Shown here: piece by piece, positions 26,746 to 38,950 of the stretch | Layout: each line of letters begins with the position of its first letter | Position numbering within the stretch: the first letter of the stretch is position 1 | Origin: Chrysomallon squamiferum | Taxonomy: Eukaryota; Animalia; Mollusca | DNA length: 64,000 bases | Reading direction: 5' to 3' | Assembly (NCBI GenBank): GCA_012295275.1 | Contig: CM022671.1 | Location: 13,764,001-13,828,000, forward strand | Position numbers and translations under genes: made by a program | Notes under the pieces: generated by a model | What the model was told of the DNA's origin: nothing | Seen by the model: only the letters and a program-made list of their open reading frames with translations | Databases searched by the model: none

Positions 26746-28047
26746 ATGCCAAAACCGAGTTGTTCAATAAACAGTGAGCTTCCCTGTATCAGTAAACAAG
26801 GAAAGAAAGAACAAAATGCTACTATGATGAAAAAACTCGTCAAAGATGGGTCTCGAGTGAAGTTCGAGATGGACAATGCAGTAAAAACTACTGTTCCTCA
26901 TATCTATTTACCTCGTCTACACAGGCAGAAAACAGACAAAGATCCTGAAACAGAATTGGGAATGGCCCTACAGAAACTTTCAGACTTTATCAGTTTAGAT
27001 TCAGATAATGCTCTGCACTTAAAGTTGGCTAGAAATGAAGCAAAAGATCTTATTGAAAAAATAGTGAGTTTTATGCAAAAGGAGAAAAACAATTATGAAT
27101 ACAGACCTCCTATTCTTCTTGACTGTTACCCTCATTGGAACCAATCTGAGATGGAGGTTGCCTACCTTTTCCCATTTGTTCTACCTCAAATTAGGGTTAG
27201 AACTTCTCATCCTGGTTGCATGGTGGTAGAGCTCCCAAGTAAGAATGAATCTAATACACCAAGTGAAACATCAAATAAGTCTGAAAACATTCCCCAAGAC
27301 CTGGATTTATATAAACTGCGAGCTAAAGATGGATTACATTTATCTTTAAAGAAAACTTACATGATGCTGTTTAGAACCATCAAAAAGATTCTGAAGAACT
27401 GTGGTTTCATTCTTGAAAGGGTGAAAGTAGGGACTAATGAATCCGGGTATTATCTTACGGTTGACTTGATGAATTATGGGTGGTCTGGGTGGACTCTCCA
27501 AATCATACCTGCAGTCTATGTGAAAACTAATATGTTTCTAATTCCAAAGATTTTTTTTACTGGAGAAAGTGTTCCGTCAGATATTCACTGGAGAATAAGC
27601 TGGATTGTTCGTGAGATGGAGATACTTAACTGCATTTCACTGACTGATAAAGGTTCACGTCTGCGTGCTTTGCATATCGTCTGCAAATTGTGTCAGATGG
27701 ACTGGCGGCTTGCACCACTCAGTGCTTACCACATTCAGACTGCTCTGCTTTATGACATGGATTACCAAGTTGATAATTCTCCAAGATGGCAAAGATTTAC
27801 TTTAGAAAAATGTGTCAAATCACTGCTCAGTAGACTTCTAATTCATGCAAGATATGGTTCACTTCCTCACTTTCTCATAGAAGGAATTGACTTATTTGAA
27901 CTGGTTAATCCTAGACATCTTATCCTATGGAAAAGTGCTCTTCAGAGACTGACTTCAAGTGACAATGCCTTACTAAGTTTAGTGAAAAGAGCACTAGAAG
28001 GTGAGAAACAGCATAAATTGTCTTTACCTCAAATATACGATATCTAA
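26746..28047 (+). CDS. Mab-21/cGAS-fold nucleotidyltransferase-like protein (MiD49/51-like features), 433 aa, single coding exon
   Basis: The C-terminal half carries the Mab-21 signature WRISW...E..IL......G.R..AL.IV..L......L..LS.YHI.T.LL........W....L......LL..L......G.LPHF...I.LF. Uninterrupted ORF. A splice acceptor at 26702-26703 implies an upstream UTR exon. AATAAA follows at about 28087. Confidence 0.85.
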   Translation: MPKPSCSINSELPCISKQGKKEQNATMMKKLVKDGSRVKFEMDNAVKTTVPHIYLPRLHRQKTDKDPETELGMALQKLSDFISLDSDNALHLKLARNEAKDLIEKIVSFMQKEKNNYEYRPPILLDCYPHWNQSEMEVAYLFPFVLPQIRVRTSHPGCMVVELPSKNESNTPSETSNKSENIPQDLDLYKLRAKDGLHLSLKKTYMMLFRTIKKILKNCGFILERVKVGTNESGYYLTVDLMNYGWSGWTLQIIPAVYVKTNMFLIPKIFFTGESVPSDIHWRISWIVREMEILNCISLTDKGSRLRALHIVCKLCQMDWRLAPLSAYHIQTALLYDMDYQVDNSPRWQRFTLEKCVKSLLSRLLIHARYGSLPHFLIEGIDLFELVNPRHLILWKSALQRLTSSDNALLSLVKRALEGEKQHKLSLPQIYDI

Positions 28048-28972
28048 CAAAAACAAAGATTTCTGAATATGTCTCCAAGGCATCTAATAAATAAATATAC
28101 ATTATTCTGCTTTAGACATGTACAGAATTTATGTATTTGCTGAAGACCGCAATAAATAAATAAATATATAAAATTAATAATAATAAATATAAAAAATGTA
28201 TCTTTATTTTTATTTTCACTAAAAATATATAGACTTATGTGAGATTTCAAGAAATTAAAGGTTAATAAATATCACTAATATATTTCAATGAAGTAAGGTT
28301 AATTGTCTTTATATAATTTCGTTGACATTTCATTATTATTTTACATGTAAATTATGTTTAAAAAATGTAAAAGACAAATATGACATACATGTACAGAAAA
28401 TAAGTAAATGTGTTTTATGTAATATATGTATATGTATAAAATATGTCATGTCTGACAGTATGAATGAAACAATAAAAAAAAAAACAAAAGAAATCCACAA
28501 AAACAAAGAGATATTTCATATTTTATTAGAAAACTGACAGATTCAACACTACTCTTTTTAAATAAAAATAAACAAAATACAGCCCATAATTTTTTAATGT
28601 AAAAACAATGTTCATTTAAAAAAAAAAATCTACACTTCTTGGAAATTTCTATAAAAAATGCATATATGAGTAATCTCCACTACTATGTAAGCAAAACCAA
28701 CCCAATAATTAGCAAAATGACAAAAGCAACCCTAATTTCCAACTCTTGCAAAAAATACTGACTACGTTTTATTACAAAAACAATAAAAATTGAAAAACAA
28801 AAACCTCTGTGGAGAATACAGGTAATCTCCTTTCTGTCATCATGTTGTGGCAAGCAAGTGCAAGAAAGGCAAAACAAAATGTTTTAAATTATTATAATGT
28901 ATATATAGTTAAGGTAAATAAAACTGTAGATAATATCAAATGTGTTTATAATAAGAAAATGTTCATCTAGAC

Positions 28973-29302
28973 CAGGGGTTTTCAAACTGTGGTCCGCGGA
29001 CCACAGGGGGTCTGCAAGTACAAGACAGGGGGTCCGTGGACAGCGAATACTTTTTATGGGCAGTTTGATTTTATATATGTTTTTTAATCGAAATCTTTTT
29101 TCTTATATTTGTAAATGTGAGCGCATGAAATAACAGGTAAATAATTTTGTAATATATCCTAATATATCCTAAATAAATGTAAAAATATATGTTATTTTAA
29201 GCAAATATTTATTATAAATTTCATAAGCATTTATAAGGGGGTCCCTAAGGTAAAGCCTGAAATATAAAGGGGTCCGCAAGTCAAAAAGTTTGAAAACCCC
29301 TG
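28973..29302. mobile_element. Non-autonomous hAT MITE, 330 bp, intact
   Basis: Perfect 16-bp TIRs CAGGGGTTTTCAAACT / AGTTTGAAAACCCCTG and a perfect 8-bp TSD ATCTAGAC (28965-28972 and 29303-29310). Subterminal GGGGTCC(G) repeats. Confidence 0.95.
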
Positions 29303-30075
29303 ATCTAGACAATAAAATGTTATAGTAGTCAACAGAATTTAATATACTTCAAGAGTATTTAATATCACCATAAATACAATATTCTGATTTTATTTTCCTG
29401 AATTTTTAAAGTTCATGTGTTATAATTAAATTACAGAGAAAAAAGAAACCCTTGAAACTTTACTAAATGATAATTTTTTTTTTTTTTTTATTATTTCTAC
29501 TAAAATAAACCTCAGGAAATTAATACAATTATTTGAATATTTTTTTTGTGGGGAGTTACTACTACTACTACTATTACTACTATTATTATTATTATTATAA
29601 CTTTTGGTTTTTAAATAAACTTATACTGTCATATAACTTTTTAGAGAAAATGAAAATTTTCACATTTCTTTTTGTATCAAAACAGACATATTGCTGGTTC
29701 TAATTTTTACACTGAAAGGAAAATATTTAATACAACTTAAACTTTGATCTATTGATAGTACAGAATTGATATGAAAAATCTAAATATTCAAACAATAACC
29801 TTGTTATTAAAAGATGGCTACTTTAAATATGTTTTTTTACAAGTAAAATATTTTAAGTTACATACTTTAGTTAATAATTAAACTTATAATAATTCAAGAA
29901 ATGCAGTAAAGAAGCATAATTTGATCATATGTTAAAATGAGATGTTTTATATTTTTTTCGTTTACATAAAATCACCTGATGTTTGTACATTGTATTCACA
30001 GTTCAAACTAAGAGTTAATTCTCACACAACTGTTTAACTCAACAAGTATACATTACTGATTTGTAGCAGTTAAAT

Positions 30076-33000
30076 TCAATAATAAATACATCTAATCTTG
30101 TGGAAAGGAATTTTCTTCATTTCATTGGCAAGTTCTCTTCTCAGATCCCAGAGAAAATTGTCAACAAGAATGGCATTGAATTTGAAATCCTTTGTACTAT
30201 CATCCTCATCTTTTAGTTGATTGCATTCCTTTGTGATTAACTAGAAAAACATTTTTATCAATAAGCAAATATTCATAATTTAATCCTCTGTTGTATAACA
30301 GATAAATTAAAAATGAGTTATAAAATATAAATGGATGAATTATATATAATAAGAATGCAGAGCTTTTGCTTAAAATATGTTTTTTAATATTACTATTTTT
30401 GGAAATTAAAATCTTATTATTAACTTTATTTATTAATATTTCTTAATGTCATCTTTTTGTAATTTTGCTTTTTTTTGTGTGTGTGTTTGTTTGACTGTTT
30501 TTAAATAAAGAAAAACTGTAATTTTAACTTCATTCATAAAATCTTTTGCTTTTATTACCAACATTGGTAACTTAAGGCTTACATGTATATATGTCTTTAC
30601 AAATGGCTGAGAACTTGCTATCCACTGTTGTCTGCTCCATGTGGACATTAAGCAGTCTTTATCAAGGAATGATAATTATTCTGTATATTGCAATAATTTA
30701 TAAAATATATATATATACTAAAATTTCTATTCCTTATAAAGTTTCATTGCTGTAAACTATTTTATAATGCCTGCAAATTATTTAACCCCAAAACTGTCAA
30801 ATCTTTACCTCAATTGCCCAAATGCTGCAACCTCGTATTTCTACTTCAAGACGATCTCCAGATTTAAACAGTGTGTCTAAAATATTTATCAAATTATAAG
30901 ATATAAGAATAAACAAAACAAAATTGGTATGTTTTTGTGATAAATTTATGATTTAACAATCACATCAAATAACAGACATATGAAGATAGTTTCCAGATTT
31001 CAGAATAAGGGCTTTGTCGTAACTGAAATTGACCTAACTTTTATATTAAAATGAATATCATTATAAAGTAATACAAATTATGAGAAAGCACATATAAACT
31101 ATAGTCATAAAAATTAAATACAAATAATAATAATAATAATAATAAATAATATGTAACAATATGAATTGCTAGCTCTGACTAGTATAGATATGGACATAAA
31201 CTGGAAATCATAAATTAGAGAAATGCTGTCCTCTGCATATCTCCCATTTCCATTACTGATTAACATTTAATATTGATATAACAATTTAGTTACTTTTACA
31301 TAGAATCTCCATTAACTGATCAGAGTACTTGAGTGCACCAAAGTAAACCAGAGACTGTGGAACTCTGAAATGTACAAAAATGTATCTAGGATAATTCTGC
31401 TTTGTAATAGTTTAATTACAATTTCTATGCTTTTAAAATTATCATTGGAAATATTATTTGCTAGGAAAAAGTATTAACAAAAATCTGCCAATATTAGAGT
31501 AAGTAAAAATATACCAAGCTCTTGAGAATAATTGGGAGCTAACTTACGAAAAAGTGTGTCAACAAAAAAAAGAAGAAAAGAAAAGAAATAAACATCTGTA
31601 ATATACATATAAAACAAATGTGTATTTTTTGGGGACACTTTTTCAATCATTAAATGAACATTAAAATGTTGGGTCTTTTTATATTATTGTGATAAAAAAT
31701 ACCTTAGATATTTTTAACATATTCCCTAAACATCCTTAAAGCAATAACATGGGGAAACAAAAACTTTTATTATTTGTTTTCAAAATGACTTACTTCTTAC
31801 ATAATTGTACTTACATAAAGAAAATAAAAGGGTAAACAAAGTTGAAGATTATTACAATGAAACATAGTTACTTCTGGCTTGTCATAAAATATAATACTAT
31901 TTAAATATCTAATTTTATGTAGTTAAGGTTTTTTGGTACTGTTTTTATGTTTCAACCTGTAGTCAGCAAACATTGTGACAGTATCAATGTCAACAAACTC
32001 TCCAAGGTCTTTTCCCCCAAAACAACCCCACAAATCTGCAACTAAAATCTGAGCTCGCTTGTACAATGACACTGAAATAATAAAAATAAAAGATATAATA
32101 AAACCTACTTTATGTAATGAATATTTTGTTTAAATTCTTTATTATCATCTATTAAAATATTATATTATTTTTTCTCGTCTATTAGAATATTATATTATTT
32201 ATTATCATCTGTTAGAATATTATAAATGTACATTTTACATACAAAAACCATTCATTATAAATGTATATTTTCTTTTTTTAATTATTAAAATGTAAAATAG
32301 AATTACTCAATGACATTTTAATGTACTTGTTGATCACATGATTTCTGAATAATACATACCTCTCTTTCCACTGTAGTCAGCCTCGTCTCTGAAAGAAGGA
32401 AAATCTGTCACTACAAGTTTGATGAGATTCTGAGCTTTGTTCTCACTCTGCTTAATACAATTAACAAAACTACCTTCATACTTCTGAAAGTCAAGAAAAT
32501 AACTAACAAATAAATAATGAACAAATGAATAATGAATACAATACAATTATGTTTGTAATCTTACACCAACTGTAATTAGCTTTCAGATTCAATGTATATA
32601 TTTTGCAGTGATAAAACTGGACAGATAATTTTTTTTAAGCCTACTGTTCATATTTAAAACAAATTCTTAGACAGGAAATACACTAGTCTTGGATAACTCC
32701 ATATTTAATATTTTTCTGCAATATCAGAAAAATATCATTGAAATATTGCATAAGTACATCATAAACTGTTATCACCTTCCTGAAATACATAACTGTAAAG
32801 GAAGGAAGAAATGTCTAGTTAATGACAGACACCCAATATACTGTTAATTTATACTAAAGATAAACACAAGCTGAAAGGATTCCCATAGAAACTGTACTTT
32901 GATTTCTTTTATATAAGTTAGCAACAACATACTTTTAACATTCTATATTTTATCTATCTTAGGAATCCAAAACATAAGTAATTAAGTTATGCTCAGTAGA

Positions 33001-34950
33001 GGTTACCTTCAACAACATACTGCCTGCTTCATGTAGAGCAGAAAGTCTTTCATTAAACAATGGAATTTCAGTTTCTGAATCTGATCGCAGAATTTTTGCC
33101 AGCTGTTCTTCAGAAACACTGGCATAAAATTTAGGATCAGTCACAGCTATACCTTCCTAAAACACAAGTTACATCTGAATTATATAGCCAAATATACCAC
33201 TGCTTAATAATGATAACGAGCAATAAATAAATGAATGAATATTAGTTTAACAATCATATACTGTGACTGTTATCATTCTTCAGCTCTTTTCTTTAACTGC
33301 TTTCATTATCCTGCCAACCATACCATGCCATTTTAGCTGTGGGGTTTTCAGAATAATTAGGCTACCAATATTTCCTAATAGGGGACTGAATATTCAGTTT
33401 CACATTATGTTCCATGATAATATTTTTAAGTGAATTTATTGATAAGTGCCAATTCATTTTAATGACATTTCAGCATATTTTAGTATTAAATTATATCAGT
33501 GTAACATGTTTCTTATATATTAATAAAAAGAAGGAGAAAACCCAAAACTACACTCTAAACAGAGCTATAATAATGTAACTCTCTAAACCCCCTAATTTTT
33601 TGTTTGCATTATGGAATATATATATATATCTATATATATATATATATGAGTTGAATCCATCAAATTAAACAACACTTACAGAAAAACAAAAACAAAGGAA
33701 AATATGCATTAAATAACCAACTAGCTAATACAAAAAGATTATTTAGCTGCATGTTGACAAAGTCAGTGTTGAAAGCTGATGGTCAGGATGGTGGGACAAC
33801 TGCCCTCTCAAATTCAGACAAAAATTCTGGTCAAAGCACAAAAACAATATTTATTTTAAATTTCATATTATGTGATTTGTGCTTTGTAATGTTTAGTGAT
33901 ATAAATACTTTTTATCCTCCCAGCCCCTCACAATATGGTCCCCAAACACCCTTGGATGATGCAGGTATCAATGTTCTTAGTGCACTCACATCTAAAGCTC
34001 TGTTGATGGCAGCACAAAGAGACCAGTAACCTGTGTAGGCCTTGCCTTTGTACTTCACAGTAAACTTCTTGTTCTCATCTTCAGACCAGAAGTTAAAATT
34101 TATGGTATCAATCACAAATACCCTGCAAATGGAACAATTTCAAAACAATATGTTGTATGAATAATGTGTAATTCAACATTTATTAAAACGTCAACAATAT
34201 AAATTTAAAAAATATACATGTATATTGAAAAATTAAATAATTTAAATAGAAATATCATGAACAGTTATTAAATTATTTTATAACATATTTTATCTTGAGT
34301 TATTGGAACAACAGTCTTAAAACATTTTGTAACATATTCTTTCAAGTTATTGTTTTATTTTTATAAGGAAGCTGAAATTTTTTTTTTCTTATAAAGGTTA
34401 AATATAAAATATAAACAGACCAAATAAATCATTACAAAATGCATAATCCTCAGTTTATCATGGATTTTATAATATTTCTCTTTATAAGAAGATGTCGTAA
34501 ATTTATTTACAAATCAGACTCCTTATACCTTATTGTCAGATGCAAATAAAATAATCACTTGGAAGTATACCAAATATATTTAGGCTGTTTGTTCTTGCTG
34601 TCATAGGTACCTATTAAGAAAATATTATTTTACTTTACCATTCAGCAGCTGATTTTCTTTTTTCGTGTGGATGAAGTTCATGATCACTGTATGAGTTAAC
34701 ACTTAGGTTCCGTTTTTTATTTTTCACAGCATGAAATATCTGCAACACAACACATATACACTTTAATTATATATATATATATATATATATAAAACGTTAC
34801 TTTATTTATTTATTTATTATTTTTATGATATTTGTTTTTTCATCTTACATGTTTTGCACAATTCTTAACTCCTTCACTGGACACTATGACATCTTTGCTT
34901 GTTTCTGCTATTAGTCTACCACTTTCTCTTGGATTCAGAACTCCAGCCAT
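30076..34950 (-). CDS. QNG1: Queuosine 5'-phosphate N-glycosylase/hydrolase (queuosine salvage protein, C9orf64/DUF2419), 9 coding exons, about 342 aa
   Basis: Exons 34849-34950, 34639-34739, 33990-34122, 33007-33156, 32360-32483, 31957-32071, 31294-31364, 30809-30876 and 30076-30240 have GT-AG boundaries and consistent phases. Motifs [92 protein letters not shown] and [10 protein letters not shown]. Confidence 0.96.
32136..32224. repeat. Degenerate ~30-bp AT-rich tandem repeat (about 3 copies) in QNG1 intron 5
   Basis: A tc(a/g)tct(a/g)tta(a/g)aatattata core repeats three times. Confidence 0.6.
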
Positions 34951-34972
34951 ATTTCCTGAAATGCTGAGGAAA

Positions 34973-35026
<54 letters not shown>

Positions 35027-38000
35027 CAACAACAAAACAACACTAGCTTGTTATAGAAGAAGTTGCAGTAATAACGGTAGATAATTTCGATATTCTATAA
35101 AAATATTCTAATGAAAGAATATACATGTACTTGATGACACATAAATAAATACTAACTATATAAAATAAATTATATTAATTCATAATAAAAACAAAGTATC
35201 ATTTAAAGACTGAGCCTAACGAGTTATTTCCCTTCGTGAACATAAATAAATGCGCTATCGTCATGGCTGCTCATTGCAAAAGTACATATGTTTAAAATTG
35301 GTATCATCGAGTAAAATTAAGGATTTAGTTTTACTAACCACCGTACGCAATGGAATATCAGTGTTGTTTTATTAAGCCCCTGAATGTGACCAAAAGTACG
35401 AATCATTTAGATTCAAGGCGTATGCTCAGAATCGTGCAGCTATGAATGACAATGTAGTACCTCTTTACAGAGGTGAAATTCCCGCCAGTTTTTATGTTAA
35501 CCCTTTGCGTTTTGGGTACGTTTATGGGTTTTAATGTATATAATAAATAAAATGATACATTAAAAATAGGCATTCTAATTAATGCTGTAACATACATAAT
35601 TTTAAAATTTATATTATGACTCTATGAGGCATGAACTGGCAATCCAGTTTTGCAGTGGCGTGCAGAGAAGTAGGGCCGTAGTATTTAGATAGTCAAAATA
35701 TCTTCCTTTCTTATATTATTTCTCAGTACTAGGCCTTATACTTGAGTCTTTGTGGTATGCAATCAAGGAGTTGGCCCCGGGCATGGTCAGACCTCTGCCT
35801 TATGAATTAAACAGTGGAACCGTAAAACTAATATTTTGGTTATACGTAATTATGTAATTTCATCCATGCAAATCCATTTATAAACGAACGTTTAAAGTTC
35901 TTTGCATGCAAAACGACAACTAAAAAAAAAATACGTATCGGAGAAACAAAATTATTAAGGGACCGGAACATGATAAAGAAAAACAACTTTACTTATTTCA
36001 CTAATAGTGAATCAGTGATCATTGTGCATTTTGATTCTTGCTATTAGTACGCGCGCGTTTTTAATTTTATTTATTTTGAGTGTTTTTGTTGCTTTTTCAC
36101 TTGTTCTTACCTATTTAAATGTTTGATAAATGGAATGCAAGAAGTACATATTTGATTTTATTCAACAGATTGTATATTGTTAACTACTTACCAGTTGTCA
36201 AAAATGTTTGGACGATTTAAATCTCACATACACACTAACGTATGTATTAATTATCTGGAGGTGTGCCCAGGATTGTGAACTGACATCAGATAAAATGACA
36301 ATTTATTCAAGTCAGACACCTCAGCTGGCCTTCAAATTGTTCTCAGTTTATAAACTGTACGTGCTATTCTATCATGAACATATTTGATTCAGTTTTGATC
36401 ACATTTTCAAGATCGCATATTTTAAACCATTAGTGACATTCAGTGACCACAGCAGGTTTGCCATACATGCACAGGTACGTTTCCAGTTATATTCACCAAA
36501 GGGAATTATTAATAGAAACAGGGTTGACATAGTTCAATCCTTTAACTCCTACTCATCAGTAATCCTGAAGACATTCACGTATTTTGCATATTAAATTAAA
36601 TGATATGATAGTATCCATTATTCACCAATGCCCCATTCATACGTACATCTACTGCCAGAAAAGTCTTGTCCATAGAATGCATGATTTATGTTTAATTATG
36701 CAACATTATTATTACTGTTGTTTTTGTTGCTGTTATTTACTTTACTGTTGATGATTCACACTTCACTACAGCCTCTACTACTACTACTCATTTGGATCTA
36801 AATGAATGGTGCTTACAGTTATAAAGGCAAAATTTAATATATGTATCTATCTCACACAGTAATAAATAATACTAAAGAAAAATAATATATCATTGTAAAT
36901 GATGATATAAATTATATAAAATTAAAACAAACGAACAAAAAGTTTAATTTTAAATCAAAAAGTTAAATGGCAAGGTCAATGGGCAGTCTCTCTATTTAAA
37001 CTCGCTTAGTACTTTATTTTTAATGATGACACAAGTTTTATCAAAACAGATTACGATAACTTTAACCAATTCCATCGGTTTAGGCGCATTTTGTAACCGA
37101 CACTACACAGTGCTCAAAACGAAAGCGATCCGAAAGTGCTTAAATAATAATAAAAAATATAAAAGGATACATTAATAAATAAATTAAAAGAAAGAAAAGA
37201 AAAAAGAGCGAGACAGACTAGTTCTAAATCTCAACTTGAGGATGGACATACTTTTAAACATTTATGGATGTGAGGTCATTTAAATTGATTAAATGGTGAT
37301 TCTTTGTTGACAAACGCATGCCTATTCAGCTATGCATGTTGACTTCCACATTAAATAAAACATTTGGATATTGCTTAATTCCATCTCTTTTCCAATATAT
37401 TTTTGTTAATGAATCGTACTAAGTTTTCTGTTTTTGTTTGTTTGCTTTTTGTCTTGTTCTTTTACTATTATAGTAATTATAATTATTTTAGATGACTCTC
37501 TCTCTCTCTCACACACACACAACCGTATGCATAAGAGCATGTTATTTTGAGAGAGAGAGAGAGAGAGAGATTATGCTCTTGTATAAAATATGTGAAACTA
37601 AAGAAGCAACAGTTTGTTTATACTAACAAGTGATAAAAGGTGATCCCCCTCCACGGCAAAAAAATACTGATGTGTTAACACATTTGAAACACCACCATAC
37701 ACAATTGTATTAACTTGTCACTCACTGTTATGATTGTAACATTTACATTCGCGTTTTTGTAAAGTGTTGATTTTTGCTATCACTACTAAGGTATGGGACA
37801 TAATATAAAATAATCAATTAACTATGTCTTCTAAAATCTTTTCAGTTGCTAAATTCTTCAGATTTATTGTTGCAAACAGTGAACAAAGTTCATTTCCTCT
37901 TGGTAGGCACTGCCATCTTTGTTTTTGCCGGTAATTAACCAAAAATATTTGATATGCGACATGTGTATATACAATGAATAAAGATACTAAAAAAATCGGT

Positions 38001-38619
38001 AAAATCCAAAGACCTAACCTTTTAGAAAATTTATCAAATTAGATTTAATTAAACATAAAACTAACAAAAAAAAAAAAAAAAAAAAAAAAAAAGAAGAAGA
38101 AAAAACATTTTATAGTGCACAGGTTAAATTTTCTTTTTAGGACAACATACTTTAATGTTTTAGATGCAATATAATATAAAAAAAAAAAAAAACCCCCCAC
38201 ACAAAACCCCCAATAAATAAATAAATAAGTAAAAAAAATAATAATAAAAATAAATAAATAAATAAATAACAATAACAACAACAACAACAACAAAAAAAAA
38301 CGGGCCGATTGTGTCTTGCGTATTGTATTTTGACCTCTATCATGGTAAGATTCCCAGCGTCTTCTGACGGGTATTCCTAGACCACCATACAATGATATAT
38401 ATTTTGTGAACCAATATAAATATAATACAAATTACTGTTATTACTGTAAAAGTGTAAGTAATTGTATAATTAGTACTGTTTTGGGAATAATTTATGTATA
38501 ATATTTCGGAAAGCTGAAATACCTTTTTATGTTAAGTTTGTACTGGTATTTAAAAAATGTTTTGTACAAGCTGCCGGATCTTAAGTATGGATTGCAGTCT
38601 ACATCGAATTTTTCCACAA

Positions 38620-38629
38620 GTCACGTGAT
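38620..38629 (+). promoter_or_regulatory. E-box / CLEAR-like motif GTCACGTGAT in the probable promoter of GRDP paralog 1
   Basis: Sequence match in a locally CpG-richer stretch just upstream of a likely non-coding first exon (donor-like gtaagt near 38790). Confidence 0.3.
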
Positions 38630-38950
38630 TTCAGACAAGCCGACATGTTTATCAATAAAAATAGGAATTATCGCTTAACGACGTTATTTTAAAGATTTGT
38701 TTGGTGAACATTATGGTGTTTTTCATCGTTTGATATTGTTTACAGGCAAAAGAAACAACAGTTAACTAAATTAGTTAATTAACAGTTAAGTAAGTATCTG
38801 CATTTATATGCAAAAATAAAATGACTTGATGCATTTAGATTTACTGATTTAAAGTGGGGAATGAACTCGTGACCTATTGTCCAAACAAGTTTTATTTCAA
38901 ACTTCTTATTTCTTTGATCATTCTACCGTAGCGGTCTTGTTTACATCAAA

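Noticed and set aside
35654-35800. CAGTGGCG-starting GC-richer patch, possibly a MITE remnant
   Set aside because: I could not identify a matching TIR or TSD.
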